Origin: Bdellovibrionales bacterium RIFOXYD12_FULL_39_22
Lineage (GTDB): Bacteria; Bdellovibrionota; Bacteriovoracia; Bacteriovoracales; Bacteriovoracaceae
DNA: 64,000 nt
Assembly (NCBI GenBank): GCA_001770205.1
Contig: MEQL01000038.1
Span: 1 to 64,000, forward strand
Reading direction: 5' to 3'
The position numbers were made by a program, and so were the translations under genes. The notes beneath the pieces were generated by a model. That model was not told where the DNA came from. It ran no database searches and was given only the letters and a program-made list of their open reading frames with translations. This document shows, piece after piece, positions 21,599 to 31,792 of the stretch; position 1 is the first letter of the stretch; every line of letters starts with the position of its first letter.

Positions 21599-22474
21599 AT
21601 GCAATTAACCAACTTATCATTTTATTCATTTATTCTGTTTTTTGTTTTGATTTTAATTTTGCCGGCCTGGGCAGATATGGATTTAACGCAAAGAGAGGTT
21701 GATGCTGCAAGGGAGAGAGAAAAAGCGGTGGACGGTAAAAAAATATTGGCCGACTCTTTTTTTGATAGCGCAGCAGACTACTCTCGATTTATTGGCCGAA
21801 TTACGGATCGTGATTTAACTACTAATGTGGTTAAAGTTTGGGCGGAAAATGGAAATGTAAAATTTTTGCGTTCAGGTGATAATCTTTTATTTGCGGTGGC
21901 CTCTCAAAAAGATGATAAACTTTGTCTGGGGTATGTGCGTAGCTCTGAGAAAAATTACTTTGTTATGCACATAAAAAATATCTATGACTGCTGGCAAGCA
22001 GATGATTTTTTTCGTATTGGAATGATGCTTCGTTTTAAGGCCGACATTTTGTCTCAGCGAGTGAAAGAAGCAAGTATTAATCGGCTAATTATTCTGCGAA
22101 AAAGAGAGGATTTTGCCAAACAATTAAATGCAGTAAATCATTTCCTTTGGACCTATGAACAGCAAAAAATTCAAGTGGCCTTAGATTATGATAAAAAAAT
22201 TTTGGAAATGGAGCGAGCAAAGGAGCGGGCCATACAATCATTTCTTTCGCAAAAACAAGATAATATAAAATTGCAGGGGGAGCTTTCTTATCGCTTGGAT
22301 GTGTTGGATAAAGATTTAGAAGATTCAAGAATAGAAAAAATAGAGCTTTTTGCAGATCGTTGGGCCTCTGATTTAGATTTAGGACTACCGGTCCAGACTA
22401 CTCCACAATCTATAGTGCATGGGACATTGGGGGAGCGCAAGTTTGGCGATCGGGCGGGGAAAGACGAAAGATAA
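21599..22474 (+). CDS. Hypothetical exported protein with coiled coil
   Basis: Signal peptide (..PAWA), long ORF, C-terminal coiled-coil character. Confidence 0.7.
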   Translation: MQLTNLSFYSFILFFVLILILPAWADMDLTQREVDAAREREKAVDGKKILADSFFDSAADYSRFIGRITDRDLTTNVVKVWAENGNVKFLRSGDNLLFAVASQKDDKLCLGYVRSSEKNYFVMHIKNIYDCWQADDFFRIGMMLRFKADILSQRVKEASINRLIILRKREDFAKQLNAVNHFLWTYEQQKIQVALDYDKKILEMERAKERAIQSFLSQKQDNIKLQGELSYRLDVLDKDLEDSRIEKIELFADRWASDLDLGLPVQTTPQSIVHGTLGERKFGDRAGKDER

Positions 22475-23105
22475 TTGTGCGCTCATCTTGATATTTAATT
22501 TCCATTTTTAGTGCTGTAGCAATCCAAGAAAATGTTTTGGTAGAATAGAAGGCAACGTGAGTTGGATCATTTTTATAATACCAATTCTTAAAGTCGATAT
22601 TATCGTTGTAGATGTCGGTCATTACTCCGAGTATTCCGCCAGGCAGAACAAGGCCGGCCAGAAGATTCCAAGAATTTTTAGGATTTTCAAAGTGTTCGAC
22701 TACTTCCGTGCAGGACACAAAGTCATATTTGCTTTTTAAAGCATCGTGGTCGGGAAAAAAAAGAGGATCATAAATACGCATATTGCAATTTTGTTCCTGT
22801 AGCATTTTTGAAAGGGTAGGGCCCGGCCCACACCCAAAATCTAGTCCGCGGGCATTTGGAAAAAGATAGTGGGATAAAGGAGTAATGATCTGCGAAAGAA
22901 ATTTTCTATATCCATAATCTTCCAGCGAGTTTTGGTGTTGCGCATATCGGTGGTTTTTTTCTTCAGGAGAGATTTGCCACTTAGATAGTAAAAAAATTAG
23001 ATCACATAAATGGCAGCGATGATAGCGGTTATTGAAAAAAGAGGAGTGGTCTGCACTATCACAGAGAGGGCAGTTTTGTGGGCCATTGGAAGTTGGCAGG
23101 TTCAT
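22410..23105 (-). CDS. Class I SAM-dependent methyltransferase with N-terminal Zn ribbon
   Basis: CPLC..CHLC, LDFGCGPG, TEVVEHF, WYYKNDPTHV. Confidence 0.9.
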   Translation of the reverse strand: MNLPTSNGPQNCPLCDSADHSSFFNNRYHRCHLCDLIFLLSKWQISPEEKNHRYAQHQNSLEDYGYRKFLSQIITPLSHYLFPNARGLDFGCGPGPTLSKMLQEQNCNMRIYDPLFFPDHDALKSKYDFVSCTEVVEHFENPKNSWNLLAGLVLPGGILGVMTDIYNDNIDFKNWYYKNDPTHVAFYSTKTFSWIATALKMEIKYQDERTIIFRLSPPDRQTCAPPMSHAL

Positions 23106-24061
23106 TGGGCCTTGGTATTTTCTACAATACTGTTGATTAATTTTTTAGCAATGTTGATATTTGTAACTTTTTCTAATAATTCAAACCCTGGAACAAGATT
23201 AACTTCTAAAACATAGTTGCGATTTTTCCAGCGAAGAATGTCTATGCCGGCATAGAAAGCTCCCGAGGCCTTTATTGCTGCTTGAGCTGTTGAAATTAAA
23301 TCGGCAGGAAGTGCTGCAATGTTGTCTTTAATCCCATCTATGAAATGGCCATTGTTGCGAAAATCGTTTGCCCTGTTTTGCTTGGTAATGGCCCCTAAAA
23401 TTTCTTTTTGGGTGAGAAAAATACGATGCTCTTCTCCCCCTTCTAAGTAGGGTTGAATCATAAATTTTTGATCTCTCATCCCCCAAAAAGTTTGCAAGAT
23501 GGATTCCAAAGATTTTTTGCTTTCTAATAGATTAACTCCAATGCCTTTATTTCCACGATTGGCCTTGAGTATATATTTCAAGTTTTGCTTATCAAGTTCA
23601 GGAATGGATGTAATAAAAAGGTTCTGTATTTCGTCTATTAGAGAAGCATCTACTTTCCCGCGAAAAGAAAAGGTAGGAATAATTGGTATCTTGTTTTGAG
23701 AGAGCAGCAAGAATTGATGCATTTTATCACGAGTAGCAACAATGGCATTTATCGGGTTGAAGATCTTGGCCCCTTGTTGGGCCAACCACATGGAGAGCGA
23801 GAGATCAAATTCATCATAGCGAATACCGGTTATACGATTGAGAACCACTAACTCTTTTTGGGCCTTGGAGTTTAGAGTATTATCAAGGAAAAACTGGTGG
23901 TCAAAAGGATTGAGATGAGAAATCTTAATACCTGATTGTGTTGCTTCAGTTATCAGCCTTTGTGCACCATAATAAGAGGGATCTTCGGCCAGTAAAATAA
24001 TTTCCAAAGTAGTAATCTCCGCTAGTTGGGCAGTTTTTGGGGGCCCATTATTTTTCTTCAA
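23102..24061 (-). CDS. RimK-family ATP-grasp ligase
   Basis: RDK, ILKANRGNKGIGV, IQPYL, DFRNN, GIDIL, LEVNLVPGF. Confidence 0.85.
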   Translation of the reverse strand: MKKNNGPPKTAQLAEITTLEIILLAEDPSYYGAQRLITEATQSGIKISHLNPFDHQFFLDNTLNSKAQKELVVLNRITGIRYDEFDLSLSMWLAQQGAKIFNPINAIVATRDKMHQFLLLSQNKIPIIPTFSFRGKVDASLIDEIQNLFITSIPELDKQNLKYILKANRGNKGIGVNLLESKKSLESILQTFWGMRDQKFMIQPYLEGGEEHRIFLTQKEILGAITKQNRANDFRNNGHFIDGIKDNIAALPADLISTAQAAIKASGAFYAGIDILRWKNRNYVLEVNLVPGFELLEKVTNINIAKKLINSIVENTKAQ

Positions 24062-24150
24062 GTATTTACATTATACGCCGAAAAGATTCAAGAGGATATC
24101 TCATGTTGAGTTTAAAGTTAAAATAAAGTGCCATGAGAGTTAGGAGTTAG

Positions 24151-26163
24151 ATGTTAACTAGTTTTTCAGAATTTAAGTTTTATCAATCCTTTCGTATTCC
24201 AGTTGATGCGTTAGATGAGCTACGCTTTTTGGTGAAAATAAGCGATGGATTGGATAATGGCCAATACATGGCCGATGCGAAATTACTAGACATAAGTGTC
24301 ACAGGATTGGGATTTGCGACCTCGGAGAGGATTTCAGTCGGAGTCGCCTTAGATATTTCTTTGCAATTTAAAAAATACCATCTGGATATTCGTGGAACAG
24401 TTGTTCGGGCGTTTGCCAATATTAACAACGAGACGGAAATTATCTACGGAACGGAATTAGAAGCGGATAAGCAAATTGGCCACTTCTTAGAGCAATATGT
24501 GATGGCGTTTACTCCCAATAGATTAAGAAGTTGCTTGATTGATGCGGCATTAAAAGAGAGATATACCAGGCCAAGTGAAGGCTTTGAAATGTTTTCACTG
24601 CTTCTTAGCCTGTTTAGAGATATTACTCAGATGGGAGATAGTAAGGAGTTTCTGGATAATATGCTGATGGAAGTGGTGCGTATTTTAAATGCGCAGCGTG
24701 CTTCAATTTTTTTGATCAATCCCGATACTAACGAATTAGAGGCCGTTAGCGCGATGGGCGTAGATATTGCGGATTTTAAATTTGATTACAGACTGGGGAT
24801 TGCAGGCTCGGTGTTCACAACAGGAGTCGCTCTTAATGTTGATACGAATACTGATAAAACAAGGTTTAATGGAGATTTTGATAAGCAGAATAATTTTAAA
24901 ACCAATTCTATTATCTGTTATCCTATTTCTAATCGAGAGGATAAAGTAGTTGGCGTAATCCAAGTTTTGAATAAAAAAAATGAAGATCGCTTCACTCTTG
25001 AAGACGAAAAAACCATGAAGGTCTTGTCGTTAGTATTTTCTTCTGTTTTTCACAAATATAGTCCAATGTCAGAAAAATCCATGGTTCGGCGCTTTAGTGC
25101 CCCCTACGATCGCGAGAATGTTATTATTGGGAAGAGTTCATTTGTTACGGAGTTGCGCAAAACCATTGTTAAATTAAAAGATCTAGATTTACCGCTGCTT
25201 GTTTACGGAGAACGAGGTGTTGGAAAATCTCTTTTTGCGCAAATTGTTCACGTGGAAGGAAATCGAGGCCTGAACAAGTGTGATGTTATAGAGTGTCATC
25301 AAAAAGATATTGCAGAAATAGAGCGTCAGCTTTTTGGGTTGGGCGAGCATGCTTCAAAGTTAATAAAATGTCAGAAAGGAACTCTGATTTTAGAGGAAGT
25401 GGAGCATCTTCCGCTGGATCTACAACATCGATTGTATCAAGTAATAAAAAATAACAGCACGGATATTGACGGCATACCTCAGGCAAATGTTCGAATAGTA
25501 GCAACTACAACATCTGATTTGGAGCAAATGGCCATTAGTGGTGATTTTGATAAAGAGCTCTACCATTTTCTTGCCCAATCATATGTGCGTATGGATTCTT
25601 TGAGAAAGAGAACGGAAGATATTGAACCACTGCTTAATTATTTTTTACGCATAGAATGCCAAAAGCATGGCCTGCTTCTAAAGAGCTTTTCAGTGCGGGC
25701 AATTAATAAACTTAAAGAATATGACTGGCCAGGAAATATTAGTGAATTACAAATGTTAATTCAAAGGGTCGTGTCATATAATCCTAAGTTGCATGTTATT
25801 ACCGAGGTAGAGTTGGAGGGCGATGTTGCTCCCCTATTTGACATTGATGCAAAAAAAAGAGTGTTTGGAGATATTAATCATGTCTCCGATAGCAATATTC
25901 CTTTGCGTGATCGCTTATCAATAATAGAAAGAGAGTTGATTATTGCAGAAATAAAAGTTCATTTAGGAAATAAATCTAGGGCCGCCAAAGCACTAGGTAT
26001 TAGTCGAGAAGCTTTACGCAAAAAATTAATGGCCGCAGAAGAATTAGTTGGAAAGCTTGATAAAAATGTCAAATCCAAGCTCGGAGAAATCTCTGATTTT
26101 TCCTTGGATGATCTAGATAGCGAAGATGGTGCTGCGGCGACAAATAAGAAGAAGGCGGCATAA
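24151..26163 (+). CDS. PilZ-GAF-AAA+-Fis HTH enhancer-binding-like regulator lacking GAFTGA
   Basis: DISVTG (PilZ-like), GAF (GIAGSVF, GVIQVLNK), Walker A GERGVGKS, YDWPGNISEL, HTH GNKSRAAKALGISREAL. Confidence 0.85.
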   Translation: MLTSFSEFKFYQSFRIPVDALDELRFLVKISDGLDNGQYMADAKLLDISVTGLGFATSERISVGVALDISLQFKKYHLDIRGTVVRAFANINNETEIIYGTELEADKQIGHFLEQYVMAFTPNRLRSCLIDAALKERYTRPSEGFEMFSLLLSLFRDITQMGDSKEFLDNMLMEVVRILNAQRASIFLINPDTNELEAVSAMGVDIADFKFDYRLGIAGSVFTTGVALNVDTNTDKTRFNGDFDKQNNFKTNSIICYPISNREDKVVGVIQVLNKKNEDRFTLEDEKTMKVLSLVFSSVFHKYSPMSEKSMVRRFSAPYDRENVIIGKSSFVTELRKTIVKLKDLDLPLLVYGERGVGKSLFAQIVHVEGNRGLNKCDVIECHQKDIAEIERQLFGLGEHASKLIKCQKGTLILEEVEHLPLDLQHRLYQVIKNNSTDIDGIPQANVRIVATTTSDLEQMAISGDFDKELYHFLAQSYVRMDSLRKRTEDIEPLLNYFLRIECQKHGLLLKSFSVRAINKLKEYDWPGNISELQMLIQRVVSYNPKLHVITEVELEGDVAPLFDIDAKKRVFGDINHVSDSNIPLRDRLSIIERELIIAEIKVHLGNKSRAAKALGISREALRKKLMAAEELVGKLDKNVKSKLGEISDFSLDDLDSEDGAAATNKKKAA

Positions 26164-26185
26164 TTATTGACGGATGTGGTAAATA

Positions 26186-26629
26186 TTAATCAGAATCAGG
26201 CATAAATTTTAAATGGATATTTCTCACCTTGGGATCATCGCGGAATTCTGCCAGAAAAATTCCTTGCCAAGTTCCAAGCAATATCTCCCCATTTTCCACG
26301 ATCAAATTCATGGATTGTTGTAGCAAGATGGATTTCATATGAGAGGGGGAGTCGTCAGTTCCTTCGGTGGTGTGGGTAATAAAAGGGAGATTGCGGCCGG
26401 CCAAATGTTTTAAAAAATTTTCAACATCACTAGTTGCATTTCGATCAAAGGCCTCGGAGATCGTAAGAGCGCAACTGGTATGAGGAATAAAAATACAAAG
26501 AAGCCCGGAAGTTCGTTGTTTTTTTGAATCGAAAGCATCTAAATGATGCTTGAGAGTTGATTTTATCAAGGAAGTAATGTTGTAGAAGTTTTCGCCAGTA
26601 GTTTTATATTCAGTAGTAATAAATGCCAT
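26186..26629 (-). CDS. yjbQ: YjbQ/UPF0047 family protein
   Basis: PHTSCALTI, EGTDDSPSHMKS, LGTWQGIFLAEF. Confidence 0.9.
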   Translation of the reverse strand: MAFITTEYKTTGENFYNITSLIKSTLKHHLDAFDSKKQRTSGLLCIFIPHTSCALTISEAFDRNATSDVENFLKHLAGRNLPFITHTTEGTDDSPSHMKSILLQQSMNLIVENGEILLGTWQGIFLAEFRDDPKVRNIHLKFMPDSD

Positions 26630-26822
26630 TATTATCTCGCTTGCTTAGATTTTTATAAAGGTTTTGCTTAAGTTATGGCAGATATAGCGCAAATAGCAGC
26701 AAAACATAAGATAAAAATTGATAAAACTTTGATTTAAATGTAGATTATCTGGTTTTATAATTTTGAATTTAGGTCAAATTTTAATATGGTCTGAGCAACT
26801 TTTTGATTATGAGGCGCACGCT

Positions 26823-28181
26823 ATGAGCAAGAGGAAATTATTTGGAACAGATGGAATTCGCGGGAAGGCCAACATTTACCCGATGACTTGCGAAATTGCC
26901 ATGAAGCTTGGCCGTGCAGTAACTTTCTATTTTCAATCACAAAAAATGGCCCGACCTCTAATTGTTCTAGGCAAGGATACCAGACGAAGTTGTTACATGT
27001 TAGAGCAGGCCTTTTCGGCAGGTGTTTGTTCACAAGGCGGAGAAGTGATTTTAACTGGCCCCCTACCAACCCCGGGTGTGGCCTTCGTAACTAGATCAAT
27101 GCGTGCAGAGGCCGGAGTAGTTATTTCTGCTTCACACAATGTTTATCATGATAATGGAATTAAAATCTTTGATGCCCAAGGACACAAACTTCCCGATGAA
27201 GTTGAATTAGAATTAGAGCGCATGGTGCTTGACCAGGCACTCGTACCGGTACAAATTGGGCCAGACTTGGGAAGTGCTAAGCGACTAGATGAAGTAATTG
27301 GACGTTATATTGTTCAAGTAAAGTCTGTGTTTGATGACAAGTATGATTTAGAAGGAATGCGTATTGTGGTTGATTGTGCCAACGGCGCTTCTTATAAAGT
27401 TGCTCCAATGATTTTTTCAGAACTTGGAGCAGAAGTTTTTAAAATTGGAACATCGCCTAACGGAACAAATATTAACGATGGCTGTGGCTCTCTTCACCCA
27501 GAAGTCTGTCGTGGTGAGATTAAAAAATATCGAGCAGATTTAGGGATTTGCTTAGATGGTGATGCGGATCGAGTGGTCATTATCGACGGAGATGGCCGAG
27601 TATTAGATGGAGATGAGATTATTGGTATTTTGGCCAAGCAACTACTTGATCAGAAGGTTATTAAAAAAGATGATGAGGTGGTGGGAACTGTAATGTCTAA
27701 CTTGGGATTAGAGCGTTACATCGAATCCTTGGGCCTGCGCTTTTATAGGGCGCAAGTCGGAGATCGTTATGTGGTGGAGCGAATGAGAAACAGTGGAGCT
27801 GTTTTAGGAGGAGAACCTTCTGGACATATCCTGCTAACCAAATATTCTACGACAGGAGATGGACTTATTGCGGCGCTAAAAGTTATTGAGTGCATGAAGT
27901 ATTATAATCGCTCCCTTCGAGAGTTGGCCTCAGTGGTAAAGCTCTATCCTCAAGAAATGAAAAATGTGATGGTAAAACATAAACCTCCATTAGGAGAAGT
28001 AAAAGAGATTCAGCAAGCAATCGTTGCGGCTGAGCAGCGATTACAAGACAAAGGCCGCCTTATCGTTCGCTATTCAGGAACAGAGTCATTGCTTCGAGTA
28101 ATGGTGGAAGGTGAAGATAAGAAAATGGTTACAGAAATATGTAATGAACTAGTGGCCGTAGTTACTGAGGCATTAGGTTAG
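26823..28181 (+). CDS. glmM: Phosphoglucosamine mutase
   Basis: FGTDGIRG, ISASHN, DGDADR, VRYSGTE; start placed at MSKRK. Confidence 0.97.
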   Translation: MSKRKLFGTDGIRGKANIYPMTCEIAMKLGRAVTFYFQSQKMARPLIVLGKDTRRSCYMLEQAFSAGVCSQGGEVILTGPLPTPGVAFVTRSMRAEAGVVISASHNVYHDNGIKIFDAQGHKLPDEVELELERMVLDQALVPVQIGPDLGSAKRLDEVIGRYIVQVKSVFDDKYDLEGMRIVVDCANGASYKVAPMIFSELGAEVFKIGTSPNGTNINDGCGSLHPEVCRGEIKKYRADLGICLDGDADRVVIIDGDGRVLDGDEIIGILAKQLLDQKVIKKDDEVVGTVMSNLGLERYIESLGLRFYRAQVGDRYVVERMRNSGAVLGGEPSGHILLTKYSTTGDGLIAALKVIECMKYYNRSLRELASVVKLYPQEMKNVMVKHKPPLGEVKEIQQAIVAAEQRLQDKGRLIVRYSGTESLLRVMVEGEDKKMVTEICNELVAVVTEALG

Positions 28182-28203
28182 ATCGATAGAAGTGAGGTTT
28201 GTT

Positions 28204-28956
28204 ATGTTTCCAAGATTAGGTGTTAATATTGACCATGTTGCTACTTTACGCCAGGCGCGCGGAGAAGAATATCCTAGCGTGGTTGATGCTGCTAATGTGG
28301 TGTTAAATTCTGGAGCGGATCAGATTACAATTCATCTGCGTGAAGATCGCCGTCACATACAGGACACTGATGTAGAAACAATACGTCTAGTTACAAAAAA
28401 ATTTGGCCGGCCACTCAACCTTGAGATGGGTTCAGCGCAGCAGATCATTGATGTGGCCATTGCCACAGCACCTGATTGGATATGTCTAGTTCCGGAAAAT
28501 CGTCAAGAGTTGACGACGGAAGGAGGACTTAATCTAAACGATGGCAATGTGTTCGATAAAGTTCAAGATACCTTTAAAAAATTAAAGGCCGGGATTCCTC
28601 AAGTTAAGATCTCTCTTTTCTTAGAAGCAGACGCCAATGTAATTAGCAAAGCTTGCCAGATTGCTCCTGATGCGGTGGAGATTCATACCGGAACATACAC
28701 CAGATTATTTCAAAATGGTGACAACTACGGCCATCATATTGATCGATTTCATGATGCAGTTAAAAAGTTGAGAGGGCATTCAATTGCTTGTCATGCGGGG
28801 CACGGGATTACAGCTGAAAATATTATTCCTCTTCTGGAGTCGAAACTTTTTGAAGAATATAACATTGGCCATTGGATTATTTGTCAGGCCCTATACGAGG
28901 GCATGGGAAATGTAATAAAGAGGTTTAAAGAGCAATTCAATAAATACCCACTCTAG
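28204..28956 (+). CDS. pdxJ: Pyridoxine 5'-phosphate synthase
   Basis: LGVNIDHVATLRQAR, HLREDRRHI, TTEGGL, AGHG, NIGH. Confidence 0.97.
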   Translation: MFPRLGVNIDHVATLRQARGEEYPSVVDAANVVLNSGADQITIHLREDRRHIQDTDVETIRLVTKKFGRPLNLEMGSAQQIIDVAIATAPDWICLVPENRQELTTEGGLNLNDGNVFDKVQDTFKKLKAGIPQVKISLFLEADANVISKACQIAPDAVEIHTGTYTRLFQNGDNYGHHIDRFHDAVKKLRGHSIACHAGHGITAENIIPLLESKLFEEYNIGHWIICQALYEGMGNVIKRFKEQFNKYPL

Positions 28957-28965
28957 GAGGATTCC

Positions 28966-30507
28966 ATGGTGAATCTACCCTCTTCTTTTGTCTCCGTTGC
29001 GCAGATGAAGGAGATAGAAAAAAAAACCTTTATTGAAAGTGGTATCTCCGAAACAGTGATAATTGAAAACGTTGGCCTACGCGCTTTTGATTTTTTTCAC
29101 GAACTGGTTATTCACGATAAAATTGATTTTAAACAAGAACAAGATTGGGCCATAGTGCTACTAGGGAAAGGTAACAATTCTGCAGACGGCCTCGCCATGG
29201 CCCGTCATCTTCATAATAAAAGTTACCAAGTAATGGTTATCCCTTTGATGGGCCTACAGAAAATTTCACAAGAGTTAAAAAAGCAACTTGATTATGCAAA
29301 AATGGTGGAAGTTCCTTTCGGCACTATTGATGAGTTAGAAAAATTTTTAGCAAATCAATCTAATGTGATAATAGATGCGGTTTGGGGGACAGGCTTTACT
29401 CCTCCCATCTCTGATAAAATGGCCAAGGTTTTTTCGCAAATAAATCGTGCAACTAATTTAGTAATATCATTAGATATTCCTTCGGGGATTTGTGGAGAAA
29501 ATGGCAAGGTAGATAAGTTTGCACTTACTGCTGATTATACTTTAGCGGTATCTATTTTAAAAACTGCCCACCTTTTTGGGGAGGGGGCCAAATCGGTCGG
29601 AGAGGTTGTTATTGTCGATGGTGGTTTCCCGCGAAAATTTTTAGAAGTGCCCGGGCAACACCTTCTCGAGATAGAAACGATCGCACACCATCTTCCCTTG
29701 CGAAGTGACTGGTTTCATAAAAATAATTATGGCCACCTTTTAGTCATTGGCGGCAGTGAAGGAATGGCCGGGTCTATTTGCTTGGCGGCCAAGAGTGCGC
29801 TTTGTGCTGGGTGTGGATTGGCAACCGCCGCAACTTGGGATGAAAACTTTGCGGAACTTTACGCTCGCATGTATCCAGAGATTATGCTCAAAAGAGTTTC
29901 GCAGATGGATGATTTGAGTAAGTATGATGCAATATTGATTGGCCCAGGGCTGGGAATTTCAAAGCAAAGTCGTGAACTTGTTTTAAAAATATTATCTAAT
30001 TTTGCTGGAGCAGTAATTTTAGATGCGGATGCCATTAATGTTTTAAAACTTTCAACGGATCAAAAAAATATAAAAATGCGCAAAGGATTAACCATTTTTA
30101 CTCCTCATGTTGGAGAGTTTGCTCATCTATCAAGCATCGCCAAACTAGAAGTAAAAAATAATCCATTACCATTGGCCATTGAAAGGGCGAGGCAATTAAA
30201 AGCAGTTATAGTGCTAAAAGATGCACATACGATTATTGCCTATCCTTCAGGAGAAGTTTTCGTAAATAACGTCCGCAATGAGGCATTGTCCACGGCGGGA
30301 TCGGGAGATATCTTGGCCGGAATAATGGCCTCTTTTGTGGCGCAGAAAGCAGCAACGGGAGCACCTGATTTGGAAATGGCCGCAGCGGTTGGAGTAAAAA
30401 TCCATTCACAAATGGGGGCCTTGGCCACCACTCAGTTCAATCCCGCTGCAATTTGTGCTTCTGAGTTAATTAATTTCATTGGTGATGCAATTGATGAATG
30501 TAGCTGA
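28966..30507 (+). CDS. nnr: Bifunctional NAD(P)H-hydrate epimerase/dehydratase
   Basis: GKGNN, DAVWGTG, DIPSG; HKxxYG, GPGLG, DADA, TPHVGEF, TAGSGDILAG. Confidence 0.92.
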   Translation: MVNLPSSFVSVAQMKEIEKKTFIESGISETVIIENVGLRAFDFFHELVIHDKIDFKQEQDWAIVLLGKGNNSADGLAMARHLHNKSYQVMVIPLMGLQKISQELKKQLDYAKMVEVPFGTIDELEKFLANQSNVIIDAVWGTGFTPPISDKMAKVFSQINRATNLVISLDIPSGICGENGKVDKFALTADYTLAVSILKTAHLFGEGAKSVGEVVIVDGGFPRKFLEVPGQHLLEIETIAHHLPLRSDWFHKNNYGHLLVIGGSEGMAGSICLAAKSALCAGCGLATAATWDENFAELYARMYPEIMLKRVSQMDDLSKYDAILIGPGLGISKQSRELVLKILSNFAGAVILDADAINVLKLSTDQKNIKMRKGLTIFTPHVGEFAHLSSIAKLEVKNNPLPLAIERARQLKAVIVLKDAHTIIAYPSGEVFVNNVRNEALSTAGSGDILAGIMASFVAQKAATGAPDLEMAAAVGVKIHSQMGALATTQFNPAAICASELINFIGDAIDECS

Positions 30508-30955
30508 GTCATTATCTCAAATTTGGAAAATAGATAATGAAGGACAATTGACTTCTTTGTGTATTGAACTTTCAAAGTTGATAAAAAAGCCGGCCGTAGT
30601 AGTGTTGGAAGGAGAAGTGGGGGCGGGAAAAACTACATTGGTAAAAAAATATTTTTCTCTGATTAGTGGAGGAAAAGATCTTGCTCTTAGTCCAACTTAT
30701 TCTCTAATAAATAGATTGGGCCCCCTTGTCCACGCCGATTTATATCGTATAAAAAGTGAAAACGAGTTTTTACATTTGGAAATTCCTCTCTATATTGATG
30801 AGAAAGTAGAGATCATTTTCATTGAGTGGGGCCGTCAATTTATAGCAGAGATTTTTGATGATTTAGGGGTGACCTTTAACTATTATCTTTTAAAAATTGA
30901 GACAGAAAAAAAAGCGCGTAGCTTTTCTTTCTCTTCTTTGATGGTAGGAAAATAA
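30494..30955 (+). CDS. tsaE: tRNA threonylcarbamoyladenosine biosynthesis ATPase
   Basis: GEVGAGKTT, SPTYSL, HADLYR, IEWG; follows nnr. Confidence 0.93.
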   Translation: MNVAESLSQIWKIDNEGQLTSLCIELSKLIKKPAVVVLEGEVGAGKTTLVKKYFSLISGGKDLALSPTYSLINRLGPLVHADLYRIKSENEFLHLEIPLYIDEKVEIIFIEWGRQFIAEIFDDLGVTFNYYLLKIETEKKARSFSFSSLMVGK

Positions 30956-31069
30956 TTCCAACCAACTTGGTACACAATTCCCCTTCAATGTTTTTTGGCG
31001 CGCAAGTAGTTGATATTAATGAGTTTTTTTATATAAATAAATTTTTAGCAAAAAAAACAATTTTACAAG

Positions 31070-31099
31070 TTGACGGCACTCGATTGATCACGTCATAAT
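31070..31099 (+). promoter_or_regulatory. Candidate sigma70 promoter for rrf2-iscS
   Basis: TTGACG-18 bp-CATAAT with AT-rich upstream element. Confidence 0.5.
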
Positions 31100-31264
31100 T
31101 AATCAGGAAATATTTTTATTAGATCAAAAAAATCTAGTAAGAGTAGGCCCAGAGTAAGAACGGATGCTTACTTTTTTTAAAAAGCACACACAGAGACAGA
31201 ACGTAAGGCAAAAGGTAAATTTTAGGGAAGGAACATTACTTATTTGGATTTATGGAGGAAGACA

Positions 31265-31792
31265 ATGAGACTAACATCAAAAGGACGGTACGCAGTAAGA
31301 GCAATGCTTGATCTAACTGCAAACAGCAACGGAAACCCAGTACGACTACAGGAAATTTCTCAGCGGCAGAACATTAGCTTGCACTATTTAGAGCAGCTAT
31401 TTCGCAAGCTAAGAAATGGCCAGGCAGTTAAATCAGTACGTGGCCCAGGTGGTGGGTATGTATTAGCACGATCGATGGATCAGATTACAGTAAAAGATGT
31501 TTTGAACTGTGTTGGTGAAAATATCAACCCAGCTAAAGACATTGTAGGAACTGAATCTAACACATCAAACAGTGTTGAATATCACCTATCAAGAAACTAT
31601 TTTTCTAACTTGGCGCTAATTATGAAAGAGTACCTAGAGACAACAACTCTTGGTGACTTAATGAGAAAAGCGAAAGATATTGAGATCGTACCTCAAGCAA
31701 ATGTTACAGATTTTGCACAAACTCCAACTCAGACAGAGAGCGTTGCTTCTTCCGTAATTAGGAATAGTCCTATTGGTGAGATTAATCAGTAA
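31265..31792 (+). CDS. Rrf2 family transcriptional regulator (IscR/CymR-like)
   Basis: MRLTSKGRYAVRAM, YLEQLF, SVRGPGGGY; SD GGAGG. Confidence 0.93.
   Translation: MRLTSKGRYAVRAMLDLTANSNGNPVRLQEISQRQNISLHYLEQLFRKLRNGQAVKSVRGPGGGYVLARSMDQITVKDVLNCVGENINPAKDIVGTESNTSNSVEYHLSRNYFSNLALIMKEYLETTTLGDLMRKAKDIEIVPQANVTDFAQTPTQTESVASSVIRNSPIGEINQ

Noticed and set aside
26675..26690. GG-N10-GC upstream of glmM
   Set aside because: Lacks TTGC and ACG; probably a chance match.
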